51,351 nucleotides of DNA from Phoronis australis (lineage: Eukaryota > Animalia > Phoronida), in the NCBI GenBank assembly GCA_002633005.1, contig NMRA01001130.1, positions 1 through 51,351 of the forward strand, in the 5' to 3' direction. Under the pieces are notes generated by a model. It was not told the origin of the DNA. It saw only the letters and a program-made list of their open reading frames with translations, and ran no database searches. The position numbers and the translations under genes are program-made. Positions 47,844 through 51,351 of this stretch are shown piece by piece; the stretch's first letter is position 1, and each line of letters opens with the position of its first letter.

Positions 47844-50800
47844 TCTTGTGTCTTCCTTCCCTTGTACTCTCAAAACTAAAATTCTTGTTGTAATTTCAGT
47901 TAAAATCTTGTTATTTTATTCGAATATAACTTTATTCTACACATAATTCATTATGAAGAATGATAAAGAGACAAATTGTAATTTATGCTCTTTTTCTGTT
48001 AAAATACGCAATTTGATGAATTTCGGTATGTCACGTTACATCGACCTTCGCTGATAATTGCCAAGGCAATTATGCGAAAGTGCCTCCGAATAAAGTCGGC
48101 TTGTCAAAAAAGGATGAATTATCCGACAGTTCAAATAGTATTACGGTGAACAATAAAGTTTTTTCTGTACTAAGACACGATTTTTTAAATGTAATTTGGA
48201 ACTTTTTTTTCATAATCGGACTTCTACTATCGGAAAACTTCGGGATTTACTAAGCCTAACCAAGGCCTAACTGAAGTGACGTTCGGTCAATTTTAGTACG
48301 TCAACAAAAAGTCGAGATGAAATACAAATTCACACAGATGCTCAACGAAATCAATTCCCAAGCACAGCAATGGCTTCAATTCCACTAATTATGATCATTC
48401 AAAGTCACAAACTGGATTCCAGCTCTGTGAGTGTTGGCATTCTTTTTGTCTTTTTGGACATTCTTGTCCTGTGTGTGAAAAAACCACGACGGAAAGTATT
48501 TATTATTTTTTTATAGAATGACTCCAGATAAAAATCAGACGTGATTTAGTTATTCATATGTGAGAACAAATTTGTGTGCAAAGTATCAACTTAATTGATG
48601 AAAGTGCCTCCGACAACATTTTGCAATGTTGCAGGTTTTCTCAGATAATGCCTCTTAAGCCTCAAATTTGGTCGGAAGAACTATAAGAACTAGAGAGATT
48701 ATTGTCACGGCGTGATAATAAAGGACTCTGCGCGTGCGTATTATTGGAATCGTTATGGAAAATTATTGACAACAACCTGTTTACTGATATGAAAAGGAAT
48801 TCTTTGAAATTGTAGGAGAAATTACATCTTAATAATTTGAAGACCTTTGCACTTATTGACCCCTTCTGGTGAATTATGAGCTCTGACGAGGGAATAAGTG
48901 TAAACTCGATTAAAAGTGTGGTTAATGCTAAGAATCACAGATGTCTTACTTAAAGCACTTTAGAATACAAGATGAAGGTCAAATTTTCAGAAAAAAATGC
49001 ACCTAATGACACTGTGGGTGCACCAAATGACCTGAAAACTTAGAACTCAACTCAATTGCATTTACTTAACAGATATGTAATTTTAAAGTCTCTGGCTCAA
49101 AATTGCACTCAATGACCTTCGACCTATTTTTTCTGGGTCTATTGCGTAAAAAATAGGGTGTTCGATTGGCATGTTGTCTTGCACCAGTGTGCTGAAATTG
49201 TTAACAATTATTTGAAAAGTGTGGGAGATATAACATTTTGAACGTTAGATGACCTTTGCACTAATTGACCCTATCCGGTGCATTATAAGCGTCTTTAGAA
49301 TAATTATTGCAAAACCGTGGAAAGTGTCCTTAATGATGAGAATTACAGTGGTCTGACAGTTGACATATCAGAATACTTGGTGAATGAAAAGGACAAATTT
49401 TCAGAAGAAAAATGCAGCTAATGACCCCATAGTTGCACTAAATGACCTGAAACTTCGTATGCCAAATTTAATTAGACATACCAATCAGACTTGTGAATTC
49501 GAAGTGTCTAGCTCAAAATTTTAGTTTCCACTCATTGACCTTTGTCCTATTTTCTCTGATTGGATGACCCTATTGCTTAATAAAGTAGGGTCTTTCATTG
49601 GCATGTAGGTTTAAACCAATGTGCTGGAATTGAAGTGAATTTCTTGAAAAATGTAGAAGAAATAAAACTTTCAAAAGTAGATGACCTTTGCACTAATTGA
49701 CTGTATCCAGTGCATTACAAGTGAAAAGTATATTTAATACTGTGAATAGCAGTTGTCTTTACGATTGACGTATCAGACTACTTGGTGAAAGAAAAGGACA
49801 AATTTTCAGAAGAAAAATGAACCTAATGACCCCATAGTTGCACTAAATGACCTGAAACTTCGTATGCCAAATTTAATTAGACATACCAATCAGACTTGTG
49901 AATTCGAAGTGTCTACCTCAAAATTTTAGTTTGCACTCAATGACGTTTGACCTATTTTTTCTGATTGATTGGGCCGGTTGTGTTGGAAAGTAAGTTGTTC
50001 AATTGGCATGGTTGACTTACCCCAATAGTCTGAAATTGAAGACTTCCTTGAAAAACGTGAGAAATAACATTTTGAACGTAACATGACCTTTTTCACTAAT
50101 TGACCCTACCCGGTGCATTTTAAGCATCTTGAGGAGAATTATTGCAAAGCTCATGGAAAATGTGCTTAATGCTGAGAAATACAGTTGTCTAACGTTTGAC
50201 CCTTCAGAATACTTTCTGATTGAAAAGGTCAAATTTTCAAAAGAAAAATGCACCTAATGACCCCATGTTTGCACTAAATGACTTGAAACTTTGGATTCCG
50301 ATTTGATTTACCTTTGGTAATCAGACCTGTCAATTTGAAGTGTCTAGCTCAAAATTTTAGTTTGCACCTAATGACCTTTGACCTATTTCACCTGATTGGA
50401 TGACCCCAATAGTTAGAAAAATATTTTTTTAAATTGCCATGTTGACTTATACCTGTGCACCGAGCTAGATAGCTTTAAAACTGAATGAGGGGTAGCATTT
50501 TAAAAATTATATAACCTTTGCACCAAACGATCGCTTCCGGTGCAATATAGAATATGATTATATAACCAATCAAAATTTATATACTGTCAAAAGTCATATG
50601 CTGAATTTAAAGACCGTACCTGCACCCAATTTGTGGTTATTAAGCCTCAAAGTTGGTCCGAAGAAGAATAGGAAGAATATGAACAACCAGAAAGATTATT
50701 GTCACAGCGTGACAATAACGGACTCTGTGCGTGAGTATTACTGGAATTAATATGGAAAGTTACTGACAGCAACCCATTTACCAATATGAAAAGGAGTTCT

Positions 50801-51351
50801 TTAAAATTGTTGAGAGAAATTACACATTAATTTTTTGGTGACCTTTCCTCTAATTGACCTCTTCCGGTGCATTATGAGCCCCGATGAGGGAGTAAATGTT
50901 AACTCGATTAAAAGTTTGGTTAATACTAATAATCACAGATGTTTTACTTTAAGCACTGCAAAATACAAGATGAATGAAGTGGTCAAACTTTCAGAAGAAA
51001 AATGCACCTAATGATCGGATGGGTGCACCAAATGACCTGAAAATTTAGAATTCAAACTCAACCCCACTTTATAAACAGATACGTAATTCTGAAGTCTCTA
51101 GCCCAAAATTTTAGTTTGCACTCAATGACATTTGACCTATTTTTTCTGATTGGTTAGGCCTATTGCGAATTAAAGCAGGGCATTCACTTGACATGGTGAC
51201 TTACACCAGTATGCTGAAATTGAAAAGACTTCCTTGAAAAACGTAAGAGATATACCATTTTGAACGTTACATGACCTTTGCACTAATTGACCTGATCCGG
51301 TGCATTTAAAGTATCTTTAGGAGATTTATTGCAAAGTCCATGGAAAATGTG

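Larger units (their letters stand above)
42652..48654 (-). mobile_element. Non-autonomous TTAA-target DNA transposon (Sola3-like; Kolobok is the alternative), copy 2, both ends present
   Basis: Perfect 25-bp TIRs GAGGCATTATCTGAGAAAACCTGCA (42652-42676, 48630-48654). TTAA TSD at 42648-42651 and 48655-48658. Empty site GTTATTAAGCCTCAAA in the next array unit (~50636-50651). Confidence 0.92.
40919..51351 (-). mobile_element. Head-to-tail array of non-autonomous Helitron-like units (~1.8-2.0 kb; at least 3 units) with ~430-bp internal subrepeats
   Basis: Unit boundaries at 40919, 48690 and 50687, each with CTAG (CCAG in the third) next to the hairpin ATTATTGTCAC-GGC-GTGACAATAAT. Recurrent GACCTTTGCACTAATTGACCCTATCCGGTGCATT. 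Confidence 0.7.

Overview
AT-rich, intron-containing animal DNA, probably from a marine invertebrate (inferred from the transposon spectrum and strong TACATGTA enrichment). It is not prokaryotic, and most ORFs in the supplied track are spurious. Mobile DNA dominates: (i) two copies of a non-autonomous TTAA-target GAG...CTC DNA transposon (Sola3-like), one inserted in a head-to-tail Helitron-like array that fills the right end; (ii) a full-length pogo-superfamily DD35D element with one nonsense mutation; (iii) an internally deleted Gypsy element (two LTRs, tRNA-Arg PBS, 5-bp TSD) inserted in a CR1/L2-type LINE, plus a related solo LTR; (iv) two Penelope fragments with degenerate hammerhead motifs; (v) MITEs and minisatellites. 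Between these lie short + strand exons: a phase-compatible five-exon Cys-rich gene segment (2x EGF/MEGF repeat plus a chitin-binding-like domain) and two weaker gene models. The most notable signal is direct paralog evidence that the over-represented TACATGTA octamer arises by TA->TACATGTA insertion, the pattern of a Tc1/mariner excision footprint. I found no convincing wholly new biological system. All family calls come from motif recognition by eye, without database searches.
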